From: a candidate division FCPU426 bacterium
GTDB taxonomy: Bacteria; Oederibacteriota; PGYV01; Palsa-1178
Reading direction: 5' to 3'
Assembly: GCA_963840035.1 (NCBI GenBank)
Contig: CAWIXE010000002.1
Location: 256,001-320,000, forward strand
Length of the DNA: 64,000 bases
Positions 1 through 9,047 of this stretch are shown one piece after another. Below the pieces are notes generated by a model. The model saw only the letters and a list, made by a program, of their open reading frames with translations. It was not told the DNA's origin and did no database searches. The position numbers were made by a program, and so were the translations under genes. Each line of letters begins with the position of its first letter. The first letter of the stretch is position 1.

Positions 1-28
1 CCCTCTAATACCGGGGATATGAAAGCGG

Positions 29-106
29 AAAGCTTTTATCACTCCTGTGGCGTTAGATAATCGAAAATCGAAAATTGATCAGCAGGCTTGGAAGGCTGAT
101 GATAAT
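29..106. repeat. Dispersed ~78-bp repeat 'A', copy 1 (upstream of the GGQ factor gene)
   Basis: Aligns with 5343-5419; shared core GGCGTT.GATAATCGAAAATCGA.AATTGATCAGCAGGCTTGGA.GGC. Confidence 0.85.
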
Positions 107-120
107 AGGAGATTTCACGC

Positions 121-462
121 ATGGTATCACCTGAAAAAATACAGGAGTTAGAGGCGAAGTTTAAGGCGCTTAAGATACTTCCATCCGACATCATAGAAAA
201 GTTCATGACCTCCGGCAATAAGGGAGGGCAGAAGGCAAATAAGACTTCCAACACCGTTTACTTAAAACACATCCCCACCGGCATAGAAGTCAAGTGCAAG
301 GAATCGCGGGAGCGGGAACTTAACAGGTTTTTAGCGCGGCGGATACTGGCTTATAAAATCGAGGAAAAGCTTACCGGGTACTCGGACCGGATGAAGGAAT
401 ATGAGAAGATACGAAAGCGTAAGGCGCGCTCGAAAAGGAAATCGAATCAAAAGTGGGAGTGA
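121..462 (+). CDS. Stand-alone class I release-factor domain protein (ArfB/C12orf65-like ribosome rescue peptidyl-tRNA hydrolase)
   Basis: SGNKGGQKANKT GGQ motif, HIPTGIEVKC..SRERELN, basic C-terminal tail; SD AGGAG upstream. Confidence 0.85.
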   Translation: MVSPEKIQELEAKFKALKILPSDIIEKFMTSGNKGGQKANKTSNTVYLKHIPTGIEVKCKESRERELNRFLARRILAYKIEEKLTGYSDRMKEYEKIRKRKARSKRKSNQKWE

Positions 463-479
463 GGGCGGGGTGGGAATTG

Positions 480-670
480 GGGCTCAAGTGGTTATAGGGC
501 TATTGGGCTCAAGTGGTTATAGAACTTTTGGGATCAATGTTAAACTTCTTTTTAAACCTGGTTTTTAACAAACTAAATTTTTACTACTCCTTGAGCTTTG
601 AGCCAACCACTTCACGACCACTTGAGCATTGAGCAACCCTCATCACAACCACTTGAGCTTTGAGCAACCA
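480..670. repeat. GGCTCAAG inverted-array element 'B', copy 1
   Basis: 25-bp-period GGCTCAAGTGGTTAT units, AT-rich core, then inverted (C)TTGAGC units; 481-590 matches 5941-6050 at 99/110 nt without gaps. Confidence 0.85.
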
Positions 671-805
671 ACCCACCAACATACCCACCTAATCCCAACA
701 TCCAGCGCAAGGCGAAATAAGTCCACATAATGGGGCTTCTGCTTTTTCTGCCGGTGGTATACTTTTTATATAAGAGCTGTGTTGATGCTGTTTTGGAGAA
801 TATAA

Positions 806-2506
806 ATGACTTATACTGAAAGTCCGGTAATGACCGCCAACCGTTTTGAAAAACGGTTCGTTTTGTTGAGTAAAATTTTTGCTTATTTGACCGTTATCGT
901 CGGGTTGCTGGTGCTGATCGGATGGACATTCAATGACCGGATATTAAAGAGCATCGATATTTCTTCAATAACCATGAAGGTGAATACCGCCATAACCTTT
1001 ATGCTTGCCGGGCTGTCCCTTATGCTGCTCATGGACGGCGGTAAAAACACACCGCAGCACCGCGCGGGCATAATCCTTATATTAATCTTCCTGCTCATCA
1101 GCATGCTGACCCTTACTCAGGACATTTTCAGGCTTGACTTCAGGATCGATCAGCTTCTTTTTAAGGATAACGCAAACTTAGCCGGGACCGTAGCGCCCGG
1201 CAGGATGTCGCCGTCCACCGCGGTGTGCTTTATCTTGTTTGCCGTATCACTCCTGCTGCTGGACGCTGGCAAATCCCGGGTCTTTTTATTGGGGCGGTTA
1301 TGTGCTTTTGCCGCCGGTTTTATATCTTTCTTTCTTATGACCTGCCACTTATTCGGTGTTTCTGTTTTATTGGGAAGGCAGCAGTTTACAGGGATGTCGT
1401 TTTATGCTTCAGTGGCATTATTTATATTTTTTTTGGGGGTGGTTTTTGCCAGGCCGGGCAGAGGCGTCATTAAGGAACTTGCGGCAGACAACCCGGGCGG
1501 TATTGTGCTGAGGTATTCCATGCCTTCATTAACAGCCCTGATGTTATTTTTGGGGTGGCTGAAGGTTAACGGGGAAAATAGGGGTATTTTTGATTCCCAT
1601 TACGGCGATTCGATTTTCACTGTGATAAGGACGGTAATTGTGATATTCATCGCGTACCTGGTTTCAAAGTTTGTAAATAAATACTACAGGGAGCGGATAG
1701 AAAAGGACGATGCATTGTTTGAAATCCAGGTAAAATACACGGATATCGCGGAAGTTGACCGCCTTAAGTCCCAGTTCATAGCGGTCATATCCCATGAACT
1801 CCGTACGCCCCTTACCATCATAAAAGGATTCAGCGCGTTCCTGAATAACGGCAGCGCCGGGCTTCTGAATGAGCGGCAAAAAGAATATGTCGGCATCATA
1901 AAACATAACACGGAACGGCTCGGGAATATAATATCTGAAATGACGGATATTTCCAGGATAGAAACCGGAATCTTTACCATGGAGAAAGGGATGCACTCCA
2001 TGAAGCTCCTCGTTGACCGCTGCGTAAACGACATAGGGCACATAGCGCAGAGCGCAGGGGTTACGGTAAGCGGACTGACCCTGCCTGAAAATCTTGTCAT
2101 GAACATAGACGCGCCCCGGATGGAGCAGGTCGTTATGAACCTTCTTAATAACGCGGTCAAATTTTCAAATAAAGGCGGCAGGGTAACGGCGGCTGTTAAT
2201 TACCCGTATATGGGCCAGGGGCCTATGAATGAACCCGGATTTTTGCCGGATAAAGAAAAATACGCGCTCTTATCAGTGACTGATACCGGTTCAGGAGTTG
2301 ATCAGGCTGATGTGGGGAAAATATTCAGCAGGTTCTTTCAGGCTGAGGAGCATACGACAAGGCACTACCAGGGTATGGGCCTTGGTTTATACATAGCGAA
2401 AAATATTATCACAGGCCACGGCGGATTTATATGGGCGGAATCCCGGGGCAGGGACATGGGAACGACCATAAACGCGCTCATACCGGATACTGACTGTAAG
2501 CCATAG
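806..2506 (+). CDS. Membrane sensor histidine kinase
   Basis: Multiple N-terminal TM segments; H-box SHELRTPL, N-box NLLNNAVKF, DTGSG, G2 GMGLGL. Confidence 0.95.
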   Translation: MTYTESPVMTANRFEKRFVLLSKIFAYLTVIVGLLVLIGWTFNDRILKSIDISSITMKVNTAITFMLAGLSLMLLMDGGKNTPQHRAGIILILIFLLISMLTLTQDIFRLDFRIDQLLFKDNANLAGTVAPGRMSPSTAVCFILFAVSLLLLDAGKSRVFLLGRLCAFAAGFISFFLMTCHLFGVSVLLGRQQFTGMSFYASVALFIFFLGVVFARPGRGVIKELAADNPGGIVLRYSMPSLTALMLFLGWLKVNGENRGIFDSHYGDSIFTVIRTVIVIFIAYLVSKFVNKYYRERIEKDDALFEIQVKYTDIAEVDRLKSQFIAVISHELRTPLTIIKGFSAFLNNGSAGLLNERQKEYVGIIKHNTERLGNIISEMTDISRIETGIFTMEKGMHSMKLLVDRCVNDIGHIAQSAGVTVSGLTLPENLVMNIDAPRMEQVVMNLLNNAVKFSNKGGRVTAAVNYPYMGQGPMNEPGFLPDKEKYALLSVTDTGSGVDQADVGKIFSRFFQAEEHTTRHYQGMGLGLYIAKNIITGHGGFIWAESRGRDMGTTINALIPDTDCKP

Positions 2507-2638
2507 AGCCCGTATCACGCGGAAATAATAAGTCGGTTATTTGGGGAATCAGGGCATACCGGATAAAGCATCGCGGGTGTATCGTTAATGAGTGGGATAT
2601 ATAAGACAGTGGCGCGATGGCGCGGGCGATGGTGCGAT

Positions 2639-3052
2639 ATGTCAGATAAAAAAACAATAGTGATAGCGGATGATGAACCGAATATCCTTTCAGCGGTATA
2701 CGACACGCTTTCTGACGATTACGACGTAATAACGGCCACGGACGGAAAACTTGCCCTGGCGGCGATAAAGAAACACGTGCCGGATATGGTCATCCTTGAC
2801 GTTATGATGCCGGGAATCGACGGCGTGGATGTATGCAGGATGATGAAAAATGACAGCAAACTCTCATCAATACCGGTCATATTCCTTACGGCAAAGGGGC
2901 AGATGATGGATATAGAAAGGGGCTTTAAGTCGGGCATAGACGCATATATCATCAAACCTTTCTCGCCTGAAAAACTGATGGAAAAGATTGCGGGACTCTT
3001 TAAGTTGGCGGGTATGAACGAAAAACTTCAAAAAGCAAAAATGGGCCAGTGA
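2639..3052 (+). CDS. Single-domain response regulator (receiver only)
   Basis: IADDE, VILDVMMP, FLTAK, IIKPF motifs; start moved to ATG 2639 at the receiver N-terminus. Confidence 0.9.
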   Translation: MSDKKTIVIADDEPNILSAVYDTLSDDYDVITATDGKLALAAIKKHVPDMVILDVMMPGIDGVDVCRMMKNDSKLSSIPVIFLTAKGQMMDIERGFKSGIDAYIIKPFSPEKLMEKIAGLFKLAGMNEKLQKAKMGQ

Positions 3053-3080
3053 ACAAATATCAATTATTAAGGGGGGAAAG

Positions 3081-3695
3081 ATGAGAAAGATACAGCTTGC
3101 AGTAATGGTTTTGATTGTGGTGCTTCTTGGTTTCGCGGCGGGAATTAAAGCGGAGTTCAGGATGGGATTTTCCGCCAATACCGCGGGGGAAAATGGCTTT
3201 TACCTTTCAATAGGCCAGTATAATAATGTGCCTGAACAGGAAGTTTATGTAGTGCGGCAGCAGGGAATACCGGATGACGAACTGGCTGTGGTGTTTTTCG
3301 TGGCTTCAAAAGCCGGCGTGCCTTACGGGCAGGTCGTGAAATTAAGGAAACAGGGATGGAACTGGATGAAGATAGCAAAAAAATACAGGCTCGACGCCTC
3401 TGTTTTCTACATGCCCATAAACGGGCACGCTAACGGCAGGGTATATGGAAAGCCCTACGGATACTTTCTGGTAACCCCCCGGAATAAATGGAATAAGATA
3501 AATCTCTCGGACGCGGAAGTATCGAACTTTGTGAACCTGCGTTTTGTGTCGGAGCATTATGGTTACGCGCCCGAGCAGGTCATAAAAATGAGGGAAGAGG
3601 GCAGGGATTTTAGTGCAATAAATAATGAAGTAAAGGCGATAAAGTCGAAAAACGGGAAATCATCAAAGATGAAAAAAGGCAAAGGGAACAAATAG
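3081..3695 (+). CDS. Hypothetical exported protein with basic C-terminal tail
   Basis: Signal peptide; two similar segments (QVVKLRKQGWNW, QVIKMREEGRDF); G-rich SD. Confidence 0.75.
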   Translation: MRKIQLAVMVLIVVLLGFAAGIKAEFRMGFSANTAGENGFYLSIGQYNNVPEQEVYVVRQQGIPDDELAVVFFVASKAGVPYGQVVKLRKQGWNWMKIAKKYRLDASVFYMPINGHANGRVYGKPYGYFLVTPRNKWNKINLSDAEVSNFVNLRFVSEHYGYAPEQVIKMREEGRDFSAINNEVKAIKSKNGKSSKMKKGKGNK

Positions 3696-4041
3696 GTATA
3701 AGGCGGAAGCAGGGCCCCGGCGGATTAAGGGCAATTAATAATTAACAATTTACAATTAACAATTATGGTGTGCTGTTGCACAGTTCATTATATTAAGGCA
3801 AGAAAAGAGGCCGCCTGTGGGCCTCTCAGGGCTGTACCTGAGCCGGGCGCGTTTGAGATGGGCACGGGTCCCATCTCAACGGATTTAATGAATAAAACAA
3901 ACAATCAAAAAAATCGCAATAAATACCCCTCAAGTTCCCCGCGTTTTATACGATGTATATATTACGGTTAAGCGATTTAAACAGGAACTTTTTGAGGGGC
4001 TGACTGTCATATATGTATAAGATAAAAACAAGGGGTGAGAA

Positions 4042-5334
4042 ATGAAAAGAACAATACCTGTACCCGCGGTCATTATTATCGCCTTTGTAATCGCCTTTAC
4101 CTCCCAGTCCTGCTCCAAAAAACACGGCGTCGGCTTAACTGAGCCCGCCAATAAATACACTGTCCAGTCGCTTGAGCCTAAAAAGGGAAATAATGTGTTT
4201 GCCGGGGATTTTTACACGGCGTGCAGGCCTGATGACACCAGCAATGTATTCTTCTCCCCGTATTCCATATTCTCAGCGCTTTCCATGACCTTTGAGGGGG
4301 CTAAAAATTCCACCGCGGATCAAATGGCGGCTGTACTTCACCTGCCTGCGGACGAGACAGCGCGCAGGAACGGCTTCGCGGAGCTTATGGGTACCATTAA
4401 CGCGCCGGGCAAGTCTTATTCCTTGAGCACGTCAAATAACCTCTGGCTTCAGAATGATTTTAATCTTTATCCATCCTATACATCGGTTCTGGGAGCATAT
4501 TATCAGGCTGCCATCACGAACCTGGATTTCGTTGGCGCGCCTGAGCCGTCAAGGCAGACCATAAACAATGCCGTCGCGGGCCAGACAAACAATAAAATAA
4601 CAAATCTCATCCCGCAGGGCGCCATAACCCTGGAGACCCGGCTGATACTAACCAACGCCATATATATGAAGGCTGACTGGGCGGTCAAGTTTGACGCCAA
4701 CCATACTTTCCCGGGCGATTTTTTTGTGGATGCCGGTACCACGGTCCAGCCGCAGTTAATGAACCAGGAAATGGGCGGGCATGTTGAGGACTATTATGGA
4801 AAAGCTCAGGTAATGGAACTTCCTTATGTCAATAACGAGCTTTCCATGTTTGTATTCCTCCCGCCGCAGGGCCAGATGGCCGCGCTGGAGGGCTTAATGA
4901 CCGGGGACAAACTTAACAGTTGGTTCGCGGACAGGGTTACAAATACCGCGGGGTTAATGAACAGGGTGGCGGTAACGCTCCCTAAATTTGAATTCACGGC
5001 AGACTATACGCTGACAACCATACTTGCGGGAATGGGAATGACAGACGCTTTCTCGCGGAATTCGGCGGATTTTTCCGGCATGGCGCCCATATCAGCGGAT
5101 AAAAGGCTCTTTATATCGGATGTTATACATAAAGCTTTTATCTCTGTAGGAGAGGACGGCACAGAGGCAGCGGCAACCACGGCGGTAATAATAGGGATTA
5201 CGACAAGCATATCCGTGCCCGAAATAATCCAGCCCGAGGTTTTCAGGGCTGACCATCCTTTCATATTTGTCATAAGGGAAAATACCACTAACGCCGTGCT
5301 CTTTATGGGACGGGTTATAGATCCTACTAGGTAG
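4042..5334 (+). CDS. Serpin (serine protease inhibitor), probable lipoprotein
   Basis: NVFFSPYSI, LILTNAIYMKADW, hinge EDGTEAAATT, FRADHPFIFVI; lipobox-like SQSC. Confidence 0.95.
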   Translation: MKRTIPVPAVIIIAFVIAFTSQSCSKKHGVGLTEPANKYTVQSLEPKKGNNVFAGDFYTACRPDDTSNVFFSPYSIFSALSMTFEGAKNSTADQMAAVLHLPADETARRNGFAELMGTINAPGKSYSLSTSNNLWLQNDFNLYPSYTSVLGAYYQAAITNLDFVGAPEPSRQTINNAVAGQTNNKITNLIPQGAITLETRLILTNAIYMKADWAVKFDANHTFPGDFFVDAGTTVQPQLMNQEMGGHVEDYYGKAQVMELPYVNNELSMFVFLPPQGQMAALEGLMTGDKLNSWFADRVTNTAGLMNRVAVTLPKFEFTADYTLTTILAGMGMTDAFSRNSADFSGMAPISADKRLFISDVIHKAFISVGEDGTEAAATTAVIIGITTSISVPEIIQPEVFRADHPFIFVIRENTTNAVLFMGRVIDPTR

Positions 5335-5342
5335 CAGAACTT

Positions 5343-5419
5343 AAGGCTTTATCCTTCTTGCGGCGTTCGATAATCGAAAATCGAGAATTGATCAGCAGGC
5401 TTGGATGGCCATAATAATT
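5343..5419. repeat. Dispersed repeat 'A', copy 2 (upstream of the lipoprotein gene)
   Basis: Aligns with 29-106. Confidence 0.85.
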
Positions 5420-5433
5420 AAACCGGAGAAAAC

Positions 5434-5916
5434 ATGAAAAAAATATCTTTGATTGTTTCAGTTTTGTTGGCGGTTGTTTTGCTTGGGGGATGTTTGAAAG
5501 AATCTCCTACGGTGCCTTCGTTTGAACAAAAGGTAACGGCCGAGTATAACCATACCATTTACGGCATCGGCATAATTAAGTCCATTCACGCTTACACATA
5601 CGACGGGGCTGATTATAAACTTACGACAATGTCTTTGACCAGGGATGTTGAAACAACAACGGCCATAACAAAATCCGAGTTTGATTCGGCGGTATACGCA
5701 ACCGGCAGGATAACCGGGTTTACCGAGATCCCCGCGGCTGATTACCGGACGCTTAATCCGTCCATCGCGCACTGTTACAGAAGCCCGAACCTTGTCTGCA
5801 CCATATGCGGCGACGCTGCCGGGGTTATAGTGGTGGAAGGAAATGACAGGTCAAAGATAGGTTACGCAGACGCGAATGACGTAAGGGAGCTGGAGAGGTA
5901 TACGGAAGGATTTTAG
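5434..5916 (+). CDS. Hypothetical lipoprotein
   Basis: MKK + hydrophobic stretch + LLGGC lipobox; SD GGAG. Confidence 0.8.
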   Translation: MKKISLIVSVLLAVVLLGGCLKESPTVPSFEQKVTAEYNHTIYGIGIIKSIHAYTYDGADYKLTTMSLTRDVETTTAITKSEFDSAVYATGRITGFTEIPAADYRTLNPSIAHCYRSPNLVCTICGDAAGVIVVEGNDRSKIGYADANDVRELERYTEGF

Positions 5917-6202
5917 GCTCAAGTGGTTATAGGGCTATTAGGCTCAAGTGGTTATAGGGCTATTGGGCTCAAGTGGTTATGGAACTTGTGGGCTCAATGT
6001 TCAATGTTTTTTTAAACTTGGTTTTTAACAAGATAAATTTTTACAACTCCTTTCCTTGAGCCTTGAGCCAACCCGCGTCACAACTCCTTGAGCCTTGAGC
6101 CAACCCGCGTCACAACTCCTTGAGCCTTGAGCAAACCCGCGTCACAACTCCTTGAGCCTTGAGCAAACCCGCGTCACAACTCCTTGAGCCTTGAGCAAAC
6201 CC
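5916..6202. repeat. GGCTCAAG inverted-array element 'B', copy 2
   Basis: Left arm: 25-bp units at 5916, 5941, 5966 and a partial unit at 5991. Right arm: 32-bp unit TCCTTGAGCCTTGAGC(C/A)AACCCGCGTCACAAC at 6053, 6085, 6117, 6149 and a partial unit at 6181. Confidence 0.9.
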
Positions 6203-6239
6203 ACGCAAACCCCCGCCAACTCCTACAATCCGATAAAAA

Positions 6240-6268
6240 TTGACAAAAATCCTGCATAGCAGTATAAT
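6240..6268 (+). promoter_or_regulatory. Consensus sigma70 promoter of Ehr operon 1
   Basis: TTGACA(6240)-17 bp-TATAAT(6263). Confidence 0.8.
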
Positions 6269-6403
6269 TTATTCTATTATCAACCGCAATAAATGGCTGT
6301 ATGGTTTTTGCGGCAGATTTAGGGGCAAAGTTTTTGGCCTTGAAAAAGGAGCGTTTATGAGGGATTTTGCGGCTTATTATATCCGATATTACGGGCGGCC
6401 ATT

Positions 6404-7072
6404 ATGGATTTGACGATAACGGATCTGGAAAAACTCCTTTTATTGTCCCGTTCCGAAATCAACAAATTCATCCATAAGAAGGAAATACCCTTTCAAAAAA
6501 TACGCGACGTGTTCTACTTCAATAAGCAGCAGGTTGTTGACTGGGCGCTGGGTCGGAACATGCCTTTAAACCTTTCTGAGAGCGTTAAAATGTCGGATTA
6601 CCGCGTGGAAACCCTCAAACCGCTGCTCGGGCCGGAATCATTTCATTATGGATGCGAACTTGCCGAAGGGGATTACATAGATAAAATTGTGGGCTTAATC
6701 AAGCTGGACAAGGGCGTGGATAAGGACATTGTAATAAAGCTTTTAAAGGGAAGGGAAGAGCTCATGAGCACAGCCATAGGAAACGGCATCAGCATACCGC
6801 ACCCGCGCGTGCCGCTCATGCTCGGCGGCAACCGGCCGATCATAAATTTCTTTTTCCCGGCGCGGCCACTTGACCTGAAATCCCTTGACGCCAGGCCCGT
6901 GCACACCATAATACTGCTTGTCTCACAGACCATCAAGCAGCACTTAAGCCTGCTCGCGCACATAAGCTTCCTGCTCTCAAAAACAGAGTTCAGGCAGGCC
7001 CTTGAAAACAGGATGGGATATGAAAAAATAATGGAAATGATATCCTCCATAGAAGGCTCCAGGCATGCTTAG
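6404..7072 (+). CDS. ptsN: HTH-PTS EIIA (Ntr/fructose-type) fusion regulator, copy 1
   Basis: N-terminal excisionase-like HTH (EIPFQKI...FNKQQVVDW); EIIA REELMSTAIGNGISIPHPR with the phosphorylatable His. Confidence 0.85.
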   Translation: MDLTITDLEKLLLLSRSEINKFIHKKEIPFQKIRDVFYFNKQQVVDWALGRNMPLNLSESVKMSDYRVETLKPLLGPESFHYGCELAEGDYIDKIVGLIKLDKGVDKDIVIKLLKGREELMSTAIGNGISIPHPRVPLMLGGNRPIINFFFPARPLDLKSLDARPVHTIILLVSQTIKQHLSLLAHISFLLSKTEFRQALENRMGYEKIMEMISSIEGSRHA

Positions 7073-9047
7073 CATCAGGGATATGTTCTTCACCGCCATA
7101 ATAATCCAGCTTCTGGCCGTTCTCGGCCCGGCTTTCATACGCTCCCAGGAAAAAGCTTCCGCGTTCGCGCACATCACGCTGGTAACGGGGCTTGCCCTTG
7201 GTTTTATCTCATCGCTGCTGGCGGTATTCTCGCCTTTGCAGGCGGCATCGCAGCTCAGCGTTTTCGGCCTTCCCCCGGAATATTTCAGGTTTGACCCGCT
7301 TGCGCTGTATTTTCTGTGCGTTATCCAGGCGGTGGCCATACCCACGGCCATATTCAGTTTTTCCTACCTGAAGCATTACATACAAAACGGGCGGCCGGTT
7401 AAAAGCCTGCTTGTCTTTTTTACCGGGATGATTATCTGCACGCAGATGGTGGTCACCATAAACCACAGCATAATATTCCTGGTATTCTGGGAAGCCACTT
7501 CCATGTCGGCTTATCTGGGCATGATATTTGAAAAGGAAAAAAAAGAGGTGCAGAAGGGCAGCTTCTACTACTTTGTCATGAACCATGTGGTCATATTCCT
7601 TCTGTACATATTCTTCTTCATCCTGCACGGCCAGACAGGCAGCTGGCTTTTAAGCGACTTCCGGCTGGCGCACGCCGACGCGAAACTTACCGCGCTTTTA
7701 TATATCCTCGCTTTGATGGCCTTCGGCATGAAAGCCGGGTTCATGCCTTTCCATTTCTGGCTGCCGCGCGCGCACCCCATCGCGCCTTCCACGATAAGCG
7801 CTTTTTTATCCGGTATCATCATAAAGATGGGGATATACGGCATGTTCAGGGCATTCCAGTTCTTAAGCCCGGCGCCGCTGTGGATAGGCTGGCTTGTGCT
7901 TGGCGTAAGCATGGTGACGGCCATATTCGGCGTATGGTACGCGCTGGCCCAGCATGACATAAAAAAACTGCTCGCTTACCATTCCGTTGAAAACATAGGC
8001 ATCATAGGCATAGGCATGGGCATAGGCTTCATAGGTTCGGCGTATGGCAATATCCCCATGCAGCTGCTGGGTTTCGGCGGGGCGCTACTGCATGTTTTGA
8101 ACCACGCCGTATTCAAAAGCCTGCTCTTCATGGGAAGCGGCGTCATAAATAACAACCTCGGGACGCGCGACATAGAACAGATGGGCGGGCTGGTGCACCG
8201 CGCGGGTTTCTTTGTGTTCCTGTTCCTCACAGGCTCGGTGGCCATATGCGGCATACCCCCGTTAAACGGCTTCATATCGGAATTCATCGTCTTTAAAAGT
8301 TTCTTTGTCGCGGCCAGGGAGTTAAAGGAATATTACCCGCTTTTCATGCTGGTCTCGGCAGTGGGCCTTGCTTTTGTAGGCGGCCTGGCTGTGGCGTGTT
8401 TTACCAAGATAAACGCGGTCATGTTCCTGGGCGCGCCGCGCGGCGTTGACAGGCCTTTTCATGTGAGCGTTTATGACTATGTTTCACTGGGGCTGCTGGC
8501 CTGCATCTGCGCGGCCATAGGGTTTTATCCGGCGCCCTTCATAAACGCCGTCAATAACGTGGTATATTCCATAGTGCCGGATTCCGCCGGCGGGCTCGAA
8601 CTGCTTGCCATAGACTGGGCCTATATCTCGGGCATATTCGCGCTGTTTATGCTGCTTGTCCTGGGGGCGTACTTTTTAAAGCGCGCAATTCAAAAAAAAT
8701 ACGGCAAAAGGGAAGCTGACGCGTGGGGCTGCGGTTATGACAGGCTTAATTCCAGGATGCAGTACACGGCCTCGTCTTTCGCGGACCAGATAAACGACAT
8801 AGCGCGGGCGCCGCTTGGCTACCATAAAAAAGGCAGGGCCGGCGAGGAAATAGTCCCGCCTCAGGCGTCCTTTGAGAGCCACTCTACCGACCTTGTGGAC
8901 GGCAGGGTCATAGCGCCCGGCTTCAGGACATTAAGCGGCTTCATATCCAGGATAAAACTTCCGGGAAATACGGACATACGTTATTACGTGGCATACATCT
9001 TAATCATGATAATAGTTTATTCCGTGGCGGGTTTCCTATGGCGCTGA
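7065..9047 (+). CDS. hyfB: Ehr/hydrogenase-4 antiporter-like membrane subunit (HyfB/EhrA-like)
   Basis: KAGFMPFHFWLPRAHP, LLAYHSVENIG, PPLNGFISE, WGCGY...MQYTASSF. Confidence 0.9.
   Translation: MLSIRDMFFTAIIIQLLAVLGPAFIRSQEKASAFAHITLVTGLALGFISSLLAVFSPLQAASQLSVFGLPPEYFRFDPLALYFLCVIQAVAIPTAIFSFSYLKHYIQNGRPVKSLLVFFTGMIICTQMVVTINHSIIFLVFWEATSMSAYLGMIFEKEKKEVQKGSFYYFVMNHVVIFLLYIFFFILHGQTGSWLLSDFRLAHADAKLTALLYILALMAFGMKAGFMPFHFWLPRAHPIAPSTISAFLSGIIIKMGIYGMFRAFQFLSPAPLWIGWLVLGVSMVTAIFGVWYALAQHDIKKLLAYHSVENIGIIGIGMGIGFIGSAYGNIPMQLLGFGGALLHVLNHAVFKSLLFMGSGVINNNLGTRDIEQMGGLVHRAGFFVFLFLTGSVAICGIPPLNGFISEFIVFKSFFVAARELKEYYPLFMLVSAVGLAFVGGLAVACFTKINAVMFLGAPRGVDRPFHVSVYDYVSLGLLACICAAIGFYPAPFINAVNNVVYSIVPDSAGGLELLAIDWAYISGIFALFMLLVLGAYFLKRAIQKKYGKREADAWGCGYDRLNSRMQYTASSFADQINDIARAPLGYHKKGRAGEEIVPPQASFESHSTDLVDGRVIAPGFRTLSGFISRIKLPGNTDIRYYVAYILIMIIVYSVAGFLWR

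Noticed and set aside
6053..6202. 32-bp repeats as a CRISPR array
   Set aside because: The units are head-to-tail with no unique spacers, and no cas genes are present.
6360..6403. Shared riboswitch in the two Ehr leaders (weak similarity with 14700-14750)
   Set aside because: The resemblance is too loose and matches no riboswitch consensus I can recognise; it would need an Infernal search.
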